From Azolla caroliniana (lineage: Eukaryota > Plantae > Polypodiophyta), in NCBI GenBank assembly GCA_043228905.1, contig JBHGNT010000002.1, positions 9,176,001 to 9,240,000 of the forward strand: a stretch of DNA of 64,000 nt, read 5' to 3'. Made by a program: the position numbers and the translations under genes. The notes under the pieces were generated by a model. The model ran no database searches and was not told the DNA's origin. It saw only the letters and a list, made by a program, of their open reading frames with translations. Shown here piece after piece: positions 52,901 through 61,583 of this stretch. Numbering within the stretch: position 1 is the first letter of the stretch; the number at the start of each line of letters is the position of its first letter.

Positions 52901-54031
52901 AAGAAGAGCCTTTACGGACTGAAGCAGGCTCCCCGGCAATGGTACCGGAAGTTCGACTCCTTCATGACCGACGAAGGGTACCTCAAAACGCAGTCCGACC
53001 ACTGCGTGTTTGTGAAGAATTTCGAAGGAGGAGACTTCCTAATACTCCTCCTGTACGTGGACGACATGCTGATCGTCGGACGGGACCAGGCCAAGATACG
53101 GATGCTGAAGAAAGCGCTTCACCGAACTTTCTCAATGAAGGACCTGGGCCCGGCGAGGCAAATACTAGGGATGCACATCATCCGGGATCGGAAGCAGAAG
53201 CAGTTGTGGCTGTCACAGGAGAAGTACGTGACAAAGGTGCTTCACCGGTTCAACATGTCGGAAGCAAGACCGGTCGGGTCAACCCTCCCGGCAAACTGCA
53301 AGTTGTCCAGCAAGCAAAGTCCCAAGACAAAGGCTGAGAAGGAGGACATGATGAAAGTGCCATATGCCTCTGCCGTCGGAAGCTTGATGTACGCAATGGT
53401 GTGTACAAGACCGGACATTGGATATGCAGTCGGAGTGGTGAGCCGGTACATGAGCAATCCCGGCAAGGAACACTGGAACGCGGTCAAGTGGATACTCCGA
53501 TACCTGAAGGGCACGGCAAACGTGTGCCTCCGATTCGGCTCCGGTAAGCCCGAACTCGACGGCTTTACTGATTCGGATATGTCGGCTGATGCAGATACCA
53601 GCCGGTCCACATCAGGGTATGTGATGACGTATGCAGGAGGAGCTGTTTCGTGGCAGTCGAGGCTACAGAAGACGGTTGCGTTGTCAACCACGGAGGCGGA
53701 GTACATGGCGGCTGTTGAAGCCGGCAAGGAAATAATATGGATGAAGGACTTCATTAGAGAGCTCGGTATCCGGCAGGAGGAGTACCGACTCTACTGCGAC
53801 AGTCAAAGTGCCATCCACCTTGCGAAGAACGCGGCCTATCACTCCCGGACGAAGCACATCCAGCGTAGATACCACTGGATCCGGGAAAGGATAGAAGACA
53901 AGGAGTTCGTGCTGACGAAGGTCCACACGGATGAGAACGGGTCGGATATGCTGACCAAGGTGCTCACACCCGACAAGCTGGAAGCATGCCGGAAGAGGAT
54001 CGGATTGGAGAGACATCCCATGCCGAAGTGA
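49958..54031 (+). CDS. Copia-6 gag-pol polyprotein (1357 aa)
   Basis: gag, CFHCGKPGHFRKNC, WVVDSGAS, integrase HTD...ADNGGEY...NGLAERMNRT, RT YVDD and RNase H TDSD...TEAEY...CDSQSA...SDMLTK, with no stops. Confidence 0.97.
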   Translation: MEGGGSGPPGMMVLNSQNYADWKIKMEDLLIVRDLYELIDNAEIPKGVIESEWKLLNRKAVATIRQYVDVSVLQHVANDTNAYEMWKKLSGLYERKNALNRTSLMRKIVNLKYRDGENMVEHVSTFMGFVNQLAAIKFPLEDAMQAIILMCTLPDSWENLVVTLSTSCTEDNLSLQTVKTSILNEEARRRDKEPASDSKALLTESERGRQWNRSPQRREKSGTRSQSRGRPTCFHCGKPGHFRKNCRHYRKDNGADDTDSKKSPERNGAYRGATDRRGPDRRGQDRKGTTALAASEEEIMLITEEGELNIASDETTWVVDSGASFHLTPERRYFSSYIAGEHGCVRMGNEGTCRISGIGDVWLTTSTGCKMLLKDVRHVPEVRLNLISAGRLDDEGYTGSIRNGVMKFSKGSLIVARARKVNTLYLMNAWLCPEELNVAADTAGELWHKRLCHMSEKGMKRLAEDNLIPVKHVHLEKCTDCLAGKQNRASFHSRPPTRRSVPLELVHTDVCQVETKSHGGAQYFVTFIDDHSRKLWTAPLKTKDQVLCVFKELHARVERESGKKLKAIRADNGGEYRGQFQEYCRSKGIRLEFTVPKTPELNGLAERMNRTIMERVRSMLAHAELPKGFWAEAMSTATYVINRSPSVPLDGDTPQRVWTGREVSYRHLKVFGCLAYVHVAKDRRGKLDPKTRPCIFLGYGDDEFGYRVWDPVDKKIFRSRDIIFMEDKTLADWESEKKMKSSKSTGEDKLYEEQSRPARDRLALEDPAEDGEETEPAEEVENDTGTGPDPEMDSDEEESEEPVTEALERRYPLRERRAPRRFPEPEHVLLTDEGEPESFEEAKHDTQSRRWLSAMQDEMDSLHENHTYELVELPKGKRALRNKWVFKLKPGDAENPPRYKARIVVKGFQQKKGVDFDEIFAPVVKMTSIRTVLSIAASMDLEVEQMDVKTAFLHGDLDEEIYMQQPEGFEKKGKEHLVCRLKKSLYGLKQAPRQWYRKFDSFMTDEGYLKTQSDHCVFVKNFEGGDFLILLLYVDDMLIVGRDQAKIRMLKKALHRTFSMKDLGPARQILGMHIIRDRKQKQLWLSQEKYVTKVLHRFNMSEARPVGSTLPANCKLSSKQSPKTKAEKEDMMKVPYASAVGSLMYAMVCTRPDIGYAVGVVSRYMSNPGKEHWNAVKWILRYLKGTANVCLRFGSGKPELDGFTDSDMSADADTSRSTSGYVMTYAGGAVSWQSRLQKTVALSTTEAEYMAAVEAGKEIIWMKDFIRELGIRQEEYRLYCDSQSAIHLAKNAAYHSRTKHIQRRYHWIRERIEDKEFVLTKVHTDENGSDMLTKVLTPDKLEACRKRIGLERHPMPK

Positions 54032-54041
54032 AGGGGGAGTT

Positions 54042-54691
54042 TGTTGGGATTACGGTCCCTCCGGATGGGATGTCCGGAGATGAATGACGGCAAGCCCGGC
54101 TACGGTTACGGAGCCGGATGATGAAGACCCCGGCTACGGAGCCGGATGATGAAGACCCCGGTTACGGAGCCGGATGATGAAGACCCCGGCTACGGAGCCG
54201 GATGATGTATGTACCCGGAGCGAGATCCGGATGCGGGGACATATTTGTGAATATGTTTGCCAAGGGCCCTTGAGGCTATATTTGTAAATAGCCCGAAAGT
54301 CATATGTGTATAAATATGACTTAGGGCAAACAGTTTATGTTGTTGTTGCTCATTTTTCTGTTTTCCACTGAGAGGAAGCGAAGTGAGAGCAGCCGAGAGA
54401 GAGTGAGAGAGAGAGAGAGAGAGACGAAGAGGTAGTTGCCTCTGTGTATTACCGCCGCCTGTGGCGAAGACAGTGAGCTCAAGGTTGTTGCCTTGCAGCT
54501 TCACCAGTGTACATCCCTGTTCATAGTGATCGTTGGAGTTTGAGAACTCCCGTGGTTTTTCCCATTAAGGGTTTTCCACGTAAAATATCCAGCGTACACT
54601 TCTCTCCATTGTTTTTCGTGCATTCTTGTATTTCCCGCTTTCTGTGAATCGAACCTGTTCCTCGGTTGTGGCCGAGCACTGTTTTACAACA
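54042..54691 (+). repeat. 3' LTR of Copia-6 (three 28-bp U3 units plus a partial unit)
   Basis: Matches the 5' LTR by eye except for one fewer repeat unit and one extra GA dinucleotide. Confidence 0.95.
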
Positions 54692-55744
54692 GAAAGAGTG
54701 ACAATGATGCTTCAACACGCAAGACTGAAGATGGAGTTTTGGGTAGAGGTGGTACAGACGATGATGTACCTAATCAACCTCTTGTGTAGGATCTATGTAT
54801 CGATGGAGTTAACTCCTCGATGTCATTTGCGGAGTTTGAACCGGTGTATACCCTTTTGATGGCGAATCGGGCGGAGATGGTTGTCGGACACCTCCGAGCC
54901 TCACACTCACTTAACGATTAATAGATGATTACGCATGATATCTCTCTCACTCTCTCAAGCTCGCTCTCATAGACAATAGGGTAATGAATATAGACAATAA
55001 GAGTAATGAATTTGCTTATTAACCCTCTTTGCTAAGAGGTCTGGCACCAACAAGGAAGAGAGATTAGTGTTCTCTAACTGAACACTTCACTAATCTCTCT
55101 TAAGCTTAAAGGTTACAAGAAGGAGGAGAGGAAGCTCTAGGTCTTAATCAATAGGGAGATCTTTACAAATGGAAGAACCCTTACAAAACCACCACTATGT
55201 GGTTTATATAGCTTTCACGTTTACGATATGGACCTTTCACACTTGGACGTCCCTTAGCCTCTTTTTCTCTTGCCGTTTCCTCTTCGTAGGTCCTTCAACA
55301 CATACTACATCCTTGTTGATGTGCTCTTCTTCATGACTAGTTGTGGTGCAATCCAAGCGCTTAACATCCCCCCAAACCTAATGAGTGCACACTCAAGGGT
55401 GCACTGTGGGAGGGGGAGCTTGGAGCGTCGAGGGCGAGAAGGATGGAGTAGGGGGGTTCATCAGGGGGTGGTCGGTGCGAAGATGGTGGCGAAGACGTCG
55501 GATGTTGAGGGGTGGTAAGCGGATTTCTTGCATTTGATCGGTCGTTGTGAAGAAGTCCTTCTTAGGGCCAGCTATCCAGGTGGAGGTGTTGTAGTCGGCG
55601 AAGGGAGAAGGGGGATTTCGATCAAAACTTATGTAAGCGGGAAAGAAGCATTTATCAATCGTGGTTTCGAAATCCCGTTTGTAGATGGCGGGGAGCACGT
55701 TGACACGAGTCCAGAGGCCGACCAGTTGACGACAAGTGGGGCCT

Positions 55745-57829
55745 TTATTTAAATCTCGGTGTAGATGGTGGGGATGATGTTGGGGAACCTCGTGGTGCGA
55801 AAGGAAATTCCGTCCACCTGCAAATGTAGTGTAGTGCAAACATCGGCGACGTTGAATTGGAACTTGACAAGGGGAGAACCCGCAAAGGCGTTGTCGTGCC
55901 TTTGGGCTCCATCCGTGATGCCGTGATAAAGGGTTGGCCGAGGATGACGGCATGTGAAACCTCATCTTGCACGAAGAAATTTTGGTCGATCTCGACATCC
56001 CCGATCTTCACCGTCACATCCGGACAAGCCGCAAATAGATCTTCCGTTGCTTTGGTGGCCGCCCGAATCTTCCATCCATGGTTGGTGTTAATAGGCCACT
56101 TCCCATTCCGGTAGAACTCCTTGGACATCAAGTTGATCTCCGATCCGTGATCAATCAATGCTAGCAAGGGTTCTTTGATGTTGCCGATTCGGACCGGAGT
56201 CTCCATAGTCGCGCGTGCCCAATGTGGCCTTGTATAGTGGGTGTTCGGAATTTCGTCCTCCACTTCGGCGTCGTTCATTAAAACGGTGTTCGCATTCACC
56301 CTTGGAGCATTTTCCTCCGTACTTTGTCTTTTTCGCTTCACGAGATCCATGAGAAGATCGTGGAACTCCTTCTTTGCTATTCCAAGTAGCTCCCAAAGCG
56401 AGAAATCTACCCGGCTATCCAAGATTCTTTCCTCGAACACTCTTTTCAAGTCGGTTTGTTGTTCTATGTCCGAGGCGAGCTTGAATGCCGGAGTCACCTT
56501 TTCTTTTCCCTTACCTCCGAAGTTCCAGCTTTCCGGTATCTTCGATGGCCCGGCCGCATCCTCCGTGCGTCGTCGTTTCTCGTCCACATACACCTTATGT
56601 AATTGACATAGGGCGTATACGCTATTCTTGTCGACAGGGCACTCCCATCCCGTAGCTTCCTGGACGCCTTCCGCGGTGCTTCGGATCTCGTTGGAGTCGG
56701 TTTTCTCGGTGTTTTCTAGAACTTCCGGCCAAAAAGACGTCTTTGCTCTCGATGACTCCCCGACACATATTCCCGCGGTTGTCGCATAGTTGCTTCTTGC
56801 TGCCAATTCCTCCTCGAGCACCTTCTTCATGCCGCCTTTCCGGAAGTTCGGTCGGAGTGGCTTCCGAGAGTCCATCGAATGAATCCGGTTTCCCTCGTAG
56901 TAGATGAGATCCCGCCGTAGCGCCTCCTTATGCTCGTCGCAATCCCTCCGATCGTGTTCGGCGCTATCGCACCATATGCACCGTCGGTCCGTATACTTGG
57001 AGCTTGTGGGGCGATCATCCGACTTCTTCACCATCGAGATCTTCAGATTCTCCATCTCCTTCAATAGTTGCTCCACCGTAGATGCATCAATCCCCTTCTC
57101 GGTTGTAGTCTCCCGAGCCCTCGGTTGATGGTCTTCCAATCCGGTTCTCGGTTTCGGAATCGGTTCCGAAACCCTCTTTTCCTCATTGGCAATCCATTGC
57201 CACCTCTTCGTGTATCGCGTGACGATATCCCGCACGCTTTCCCATGTTTCGGTGAGGCCACTCTCCGTGGTCGTGTCCTCCAAGAGCACTCCGAGATCTT
57301 TCCGGTCCCGGACGTCCACGGCTCGCAAGAACATGATCACCTTGTCCGGTACGAGGATAGCTTGATCTCTTGTGGACAACCTCCCGAACCGGCTTTCGAA
57401 TGCCGAAAACACATCAATGACCTTCAATCCCTTGTCCGGCGTCTCCACCCAATCTTCGAATCCCCTTCGCATCGCCTTGGAGGAATCCTCGATGGCGAAC
57501 GTCCTCTTTAGCTCTACTTCAAACGCCTCCCATGTCGGATTTTGCTGTCGTAGCCCATGGATGCTTGCTTGAAGCCCGTCGGTCGCCACCCGGTTGAAGG
57601 ACGTCACTTGCAGTCCTTCCGATATTCCGCACCGTAGCATCTCCGCCTTGTAGTCCCGAAGATACCGCGACACGTCTTTCCCGTTGAATTGCCCGTTTCG
57701 TTGCACGAGCCGCTCCACTGATGCCGCTATCTCCGACATCGCGCGTTGTTCTTGTAGCATGCGCTCGAACATCATCATCATGTTGCTAGCCTCCGGTTGA
57801 TTTTCCATCTCCTTGCCACCCGTCTTCAC
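55745..57829 (-). CDS. Gypsy-B gag plus aspartic protease ORF (694 aa)
   Basis: FNGKDVSRYL capsid start, zinc knuckle CIWCDSAEHDRRDC, protease ALIDHGSEINL...VILGQPF. Homology stops after ASRME. Confidence 0.85.
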   Translation of the reverse strand: MKTGGKEMENQPEASNMMMMFERMLQEQRAMSEIAASVERLVQRNGQFNGKDVSRYLRDYKAEMLRCGISEGLQVTSFNRVATDGLQASIHGLRQQNPTWEAFEVELKRTFAIEDSSKAMRRGFEDWVETPDKGLKVIDVFSAFESRFGRLSTRDQAILVPDKVIMFLRAVDVRDRKDLGVLLEDTTTESGLTETWESVRDIVTRYTKRWQWIANEEKRVSEPIPKPRTGLEDHQPRARETTTEKGIDASTVEQLLKEMENLKISMVKKSDDRPTSSKYTDRRCIWCDSAEHDRRDCDEHKEALRRDLIYYEGNRIHSMDSRKPLRPNFRKGGMKKVLEEELAARSNYATTAGICVGESSRAKTSFWPEVLENTEKTDSNEIRSTAEGVQEATGWECPVDKNSVYALCQLHKVYVDEKRRRTEDAAGPSKIPESWNFGGKGKEKVTPAFKLASDIEQQTDLKRVFEERILDSRVDFSLWELLGIAKKEFHDLLMDLVKRKRQSTEENAPRVNANTVLMNDAEVEDEIPNTHYTRPHWARATMETPVRIGNIKEPLLALIDHGSEINLMSKEFYRNGKWPINTNHGWKIRAATKATEDLFAACPDVTVKIGDVEIDQNFFVQDEVSHAVILGQPFITASRMEPKGTTTPLRVLPLSSSNSTSPMFALHYICRWTEFPFAPRGSPTSSPPSTPRFK

Positions 57830-58994
57830 GTCAAGTTCACCAACTGTGTTGTGCCTTTCGGCTCTGGATCGTTGCGTGAGTCGGGTGGGAACCGCCGAGG
57901 TTTTGGACTAGGAGGAAGAGGAATACAACTTAAGGCTAGTTATGAATAGTAGAAAGAGAAGTAAGATAGCAATCACGTGAATCCCACGAGTTTAGTGTAT
58001 TTAAAACAATATTTAGATTATAAGAGTAATTTAGATGGCAAAATTCATGAATCCCACGAATATATTAGATTGATCAATCCTTGTATATTAATTAACAACC
58101 TTATACATATTTCTCTCCTCCTTATATAAAGATGGAAGAGGCTAAGCATGGCTCCATGCTTTCTCACCAAAAGTGTCCATGCACACTAAATGTGCATGTG
58201 ATGCTTTGTCATTTCCTAAATATAGGGCTCATGCACGCTAGATGTGCATGAGTCACTTTCAATGTCACGTGTAAATAAAATATTCACAACCTAAAGAATA
58301 CATGATTTTTACCTTTTAAGTGTAAATAAAGGTCTTATATGTATTAAATCTATATGTATAACACTAAAGATAAGTTATTACAATGGTAAAGTTGGGGTTT
58401 ATCTACGTGGAGGTGTAGGGTTCGAATCTTGCCCTATGCATGTGAATTTTTTGATATATTATTTATTTATTTATATGTATCTAAATCGGATATATTATTT
58501 TATGGTTTTCACGCAGTGTGTGGAATACACTACGACAGCGTGCATGCGAATATGACCAGTCTCGAGATTGTATCCTGTGAGGAACCAATCGACCAGCTTG
58601 GGAAGTACCCCCCAAGGCCCAATCTCGAGGAAGAACTTGAGGCCTAGACATGAATGGGTGTCAAAAACATTAGGCTCGAGGTACTTGAGTTGCGTGGTGG
58701 TCGTGGGTACCTGGTAGGTACATCGGGTGTTGTTGAACTCGGCTTGAATGACCAGGGAGCCACAACTAGTGTCGGGGTAGTACGCGTGGAGGAGCTTGGT
58801 GAATGGGGTGGACACCATCGGTTATGACCTGCTAGGACAAAGATTAGTACAAGGCGTATGGGAGTGTACCAACTCTTACACCCCCTTACTTGTGTTGATG
58901 TGGTGGTATTGTTAACGATATTTTATTAATCTATTGATGTAGGCTTAGTTATCTAGTTATCTATTTATTTATTCATTTATATGTTATTTTATTT

Positions 58995-59039
<45 letters not shown>

Positions 59040-59258
59040 CTTTTTTTCTCTTTATTTATTTGTATTTAAATTTATTCTATTTGATTTTTATTTTTTTATT
59101 TTTGTTTGTTTCTATTTTATTCTATTATTATTATTATTATTTTGAAAATAGGAGGAGATGATTGAGGAATAACGTTATTTAGATATTAGTTTATTGTATT
59201 GTATTTTATTTTTTATTCTTTTTCTTATTATTTTTTACTTTTTATTTTTTGGCGCGTG

Positions 59259-59535
59259 GTTTGAAAGGTGTCTAACTCTTCGAAGAACTAGGAGTGGGGG
59301 GGTCGAGGAGCCTCGTTCTTCGAACCAGGGGTGCGTGGTTCGAAGAGCGCCTCTCTTCGAACTTGTGCACAGTTCGAAGAGTCGTACTCTTCGAACCGAG
59401 GGTGCGCGGTTTGAAGAGCGCCTCTCTTCGAACCTGTGTGCGGTTCGACTCTTCGAACCGGGGGTGCACGGTTCGAAGAGCGTCTAACTGGGAGGGAAAC
59501 GATTCGCTCATCGAACCGGGGGTGGTTCGACGAGG
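59259..59535. repeat. Tandem array of palindromic GTTCGAAGAG-n5-CTCTTCGAAC hairpin units
   Basis: Clear units at 59338-59362, 59372-59396 and 59409-59433, with degenerate units on both sides. Period 34-37 bp. Confidence 0.85.
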
Positions 59536-60240
59536 GGACTATGGGGGCAACGAGCTTGCGAGTGGAGTAGTCCTAAGGGACAGTCTGCGGTGAGAGGACG
59601 GCAGAAAGATGTTGGAGCCGTCGTGGCCACCACAGGAGGCAGGTAAATTCGTAGGCAACAGGCTGCGTTAGGAGGGGTCCAGTGAGACAGTGGAGAGAGA
59701 GGAGAGAAAAAAAACAAATTTTAGACCTACCCGAGGGAGTGCGCGACAAGCAGAGGCGGTGGCGAGCAACGACGCTTGGGAGGCAGGAAGGAGAGTGATG
59801 AAGGAGAAAATGAGGGAGAGATCAAAACGAGAGGGGTTGGGTGTAACACAGAGGGGAGCAAAATTATTCGTGAGCCATGGCTAGAAGCGACGTGTAGAGG
59901 GAGAGGAGGAGAGCGAATGGTCCTAAATGAAGGCAGGAAGCGTGAGGGGAAAGGAGGGAGAAAAGAAAGGGTTGTGAGGGAGACAGAGGTGGGGAGAAGA
60001 AAACAACAAAACAAAATGAAAGAAAAAGCATAAAAAACAACCAATCAAAAAAAATAAAATTAAAAAACAACCAATCAAAAAACAAAACAAAACAAAAGTA
60101 AAAGACAAACCGAGACTACCAAAAAAATAATGATCAAAACCAAAAACAAAAGAAACGAGAAAGAGAAACCGTGACTCCCATGTGGCGTAATACGAAAAAG
60201 AACGAGCTGAACCAAAAATAGAGCGACCGCAAGTAAAAAT

Positions 60241-60803
60241 GATCGTACTTGGGAGCCAACTGAGAACCTTGATAATGCCTCTGACTTGGTAGCTGAATTT
60301 CATCGCCAATATCCAGATAAGCCAAGTTCGAATTCATGCATTATGACCTGTCAAAGGAGGGGGATGGTGTCATGTGTATACCAAACCCAATAAGCTTTAT
60401 GGTGATTCGAACCCATGACCTCCTCAAAGAATTCATACAACCTCATCCATTAGGATACATCATATTGTATATATTAATAATAAATTCTACTATATCAATA
60501 GGAAATACATATAGTAATTTTATTGAAATGTCGCCACCTTGCATAGACTAACACATGATTGGCAAGGGGCATGCTTGCATGAATGCCTATGAGGTGGCGA
60601 GCATGCATGTATCCAAACCATGCTATATAAACATGTATTTGACTATTGATGAACCATTCTAGTTCAACGCCAGTCTTCGGCATATTCTTGTAAACATTGC
60701 TCTCGTTGTTAATACATTATCAAATTCTTCTTATCTCTCTCATATCTTTCGCTTCTCATTCTCTTCTTCATTTTAAAACTCGTTCCTAACTTTGGCCCTT
60801 ACA
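60241..60803 (+). mobile_element. 3' end of a chromovirus: chromodomain C-terminal half, PPT and 3' LTR (60368-60803)
   Basis: Translation DRTWEPTENLDNASDLVAEFHRQYPDKP. PPT AAAGGAGGGGGA at ~60353-60364. LTR TGTCATG...CCTTACA. Confidence 0.85.
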
Positions 60804-61068
60804 AAGAGTAGAAAAGATGAAGATAGAAGGTAGAGAGAGACAGAAATAAGATAGGAAATGGAAATGAGTTTATATTATGAGAAAACAAGGTTTAAAAAGA
60901 GTAAGCTAAGGGCTAAAGACTGGTGTTGAACTGAAGTTATGAATTGTAATGAATGAATAAACACCTATTTATAGGTCCTTATGGAGTATTCTAGAATGTT
61001 CTAAAATATTTATTATAATCACGGAATATTCTAGAATACTCTAAATATCTTGTAATAACTAATAATAT
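60804..61068 (-). repeat. Fragment of a related chromovirus LTR in inverted orientation
   Basis: The minus strand has CTATAAATAGG followed by AGTTCAACACCAGTC, the motif also found at ~60661 and ~61292 on the plus strand. Confidence 0.7.
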
Positions 61069-61212
61069 TGTCATGATATGGCAAGATTCGAACCCATGAC
61101 CTTATGCTACATGAGTCGAGCTCTTACCATTAGACTATGAATTGTAATATATTAAATATTATTTTCATTTATGTTTTATCATAGAAAATTGATGTATATT
61201 CCAGATCTCTCT

Positions 61213-61260
61213 GGAACATTCTAGAAGCTTCAGGATTATTCCTAAAAACACTATAAAAGG
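61213..61260 (+). promoter_or_regulatory. Four-unit heat-shock element plus TATA box in the Gypsy-C LTR
   Basis: gGAAcaTTCtaGAAgcTTCa at 61213-61232 and CTATAAAAGG at 61251-61260. Confidence 0.7.
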
Positions 61261-61583
61261 AGGCACAAGGCATTGTTTTGAACCAAATTGGTTCAACGCC
61301 AGTCTTAAGCCTCTTAGCCTCTTGTACTTATCTTTTCACATATTATATTAGTTGTTGTCATCATCTTTCTCTCTCTCTCATCCTCGCTATCTCTCTCTTT
61401 CCTCTTCTCACTTCCTCTCTCAGGAATCTTACGCAATCCCGTCCTCTTAGTACTAATAGTACTGCTCTTCTTAGTACTAATTCCATCTCTGCTTTAGTAC
61501 TATTCCTGACAGTTTGAACCAATTTTTCTTTCCTCCAGCCTACTTGTCGTTCTCCCTCATCTTCCTACCCTTTTCCCTATACT

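Larger units (their letters stand above)
49252..54691 (+). mobile_element. Copia-6: intact full-length Ty1/copia (Tnt1-like)
   Basis: LTRs at 49252-49927 and 54042-54691. TSD GAAAG at 49247-49251 and 54692-54696. PBS TGGTATCAGAGC at 49931-49942, PPT AAGGGGGAG at 54031-54039. Uninterrupted ORF. Confidence 0.97.
46854..54784 (+). mobile_element. Copia-5: decayed Copia-2-family element (LTR, gag, PR, INT), interrupted by Copia-6 and cut off at Gypsy-B
   Basis: LTR ends with CA at 47422 (left edge uncertain, 46854 or 47101). PBS TGGTATTAGAGC at 47425-47436. gag/PR/INT fragments at 47520-49251 are homologous to 2850-6000. The integrase resumes at 54697-54784. Confidence 0.8.
54785..60240 (-). mobile_element. 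Gypsy-B: minus-strand gag-protease-only Ty3/gypsy element (3' LTR 54785-55366; 5' LTR not seen)
   Basis: Minus-strand PPT GGTTTGGGGGGA immediately before TGTTAAGCGC...ATCCTACA. gag-PR ORF with no RT, RH or INT. The extent right of ~57900 is inferred. Confidence 0.7.

Noticed and set aside
59259-59535. CRISPR-like array of palindromic repeats
   Set aside because: The linkers are only 9-12 nt and themselves repeated, there are no cas genes, and the context is eukaryotic.
61079-61140. Functional tRNA gene (also 60400-60460 and 58376-58440)
   Set aside because: A/B boxes are present but the acceptor and anticodon stems do not pair, so no full cloverleaf forms.
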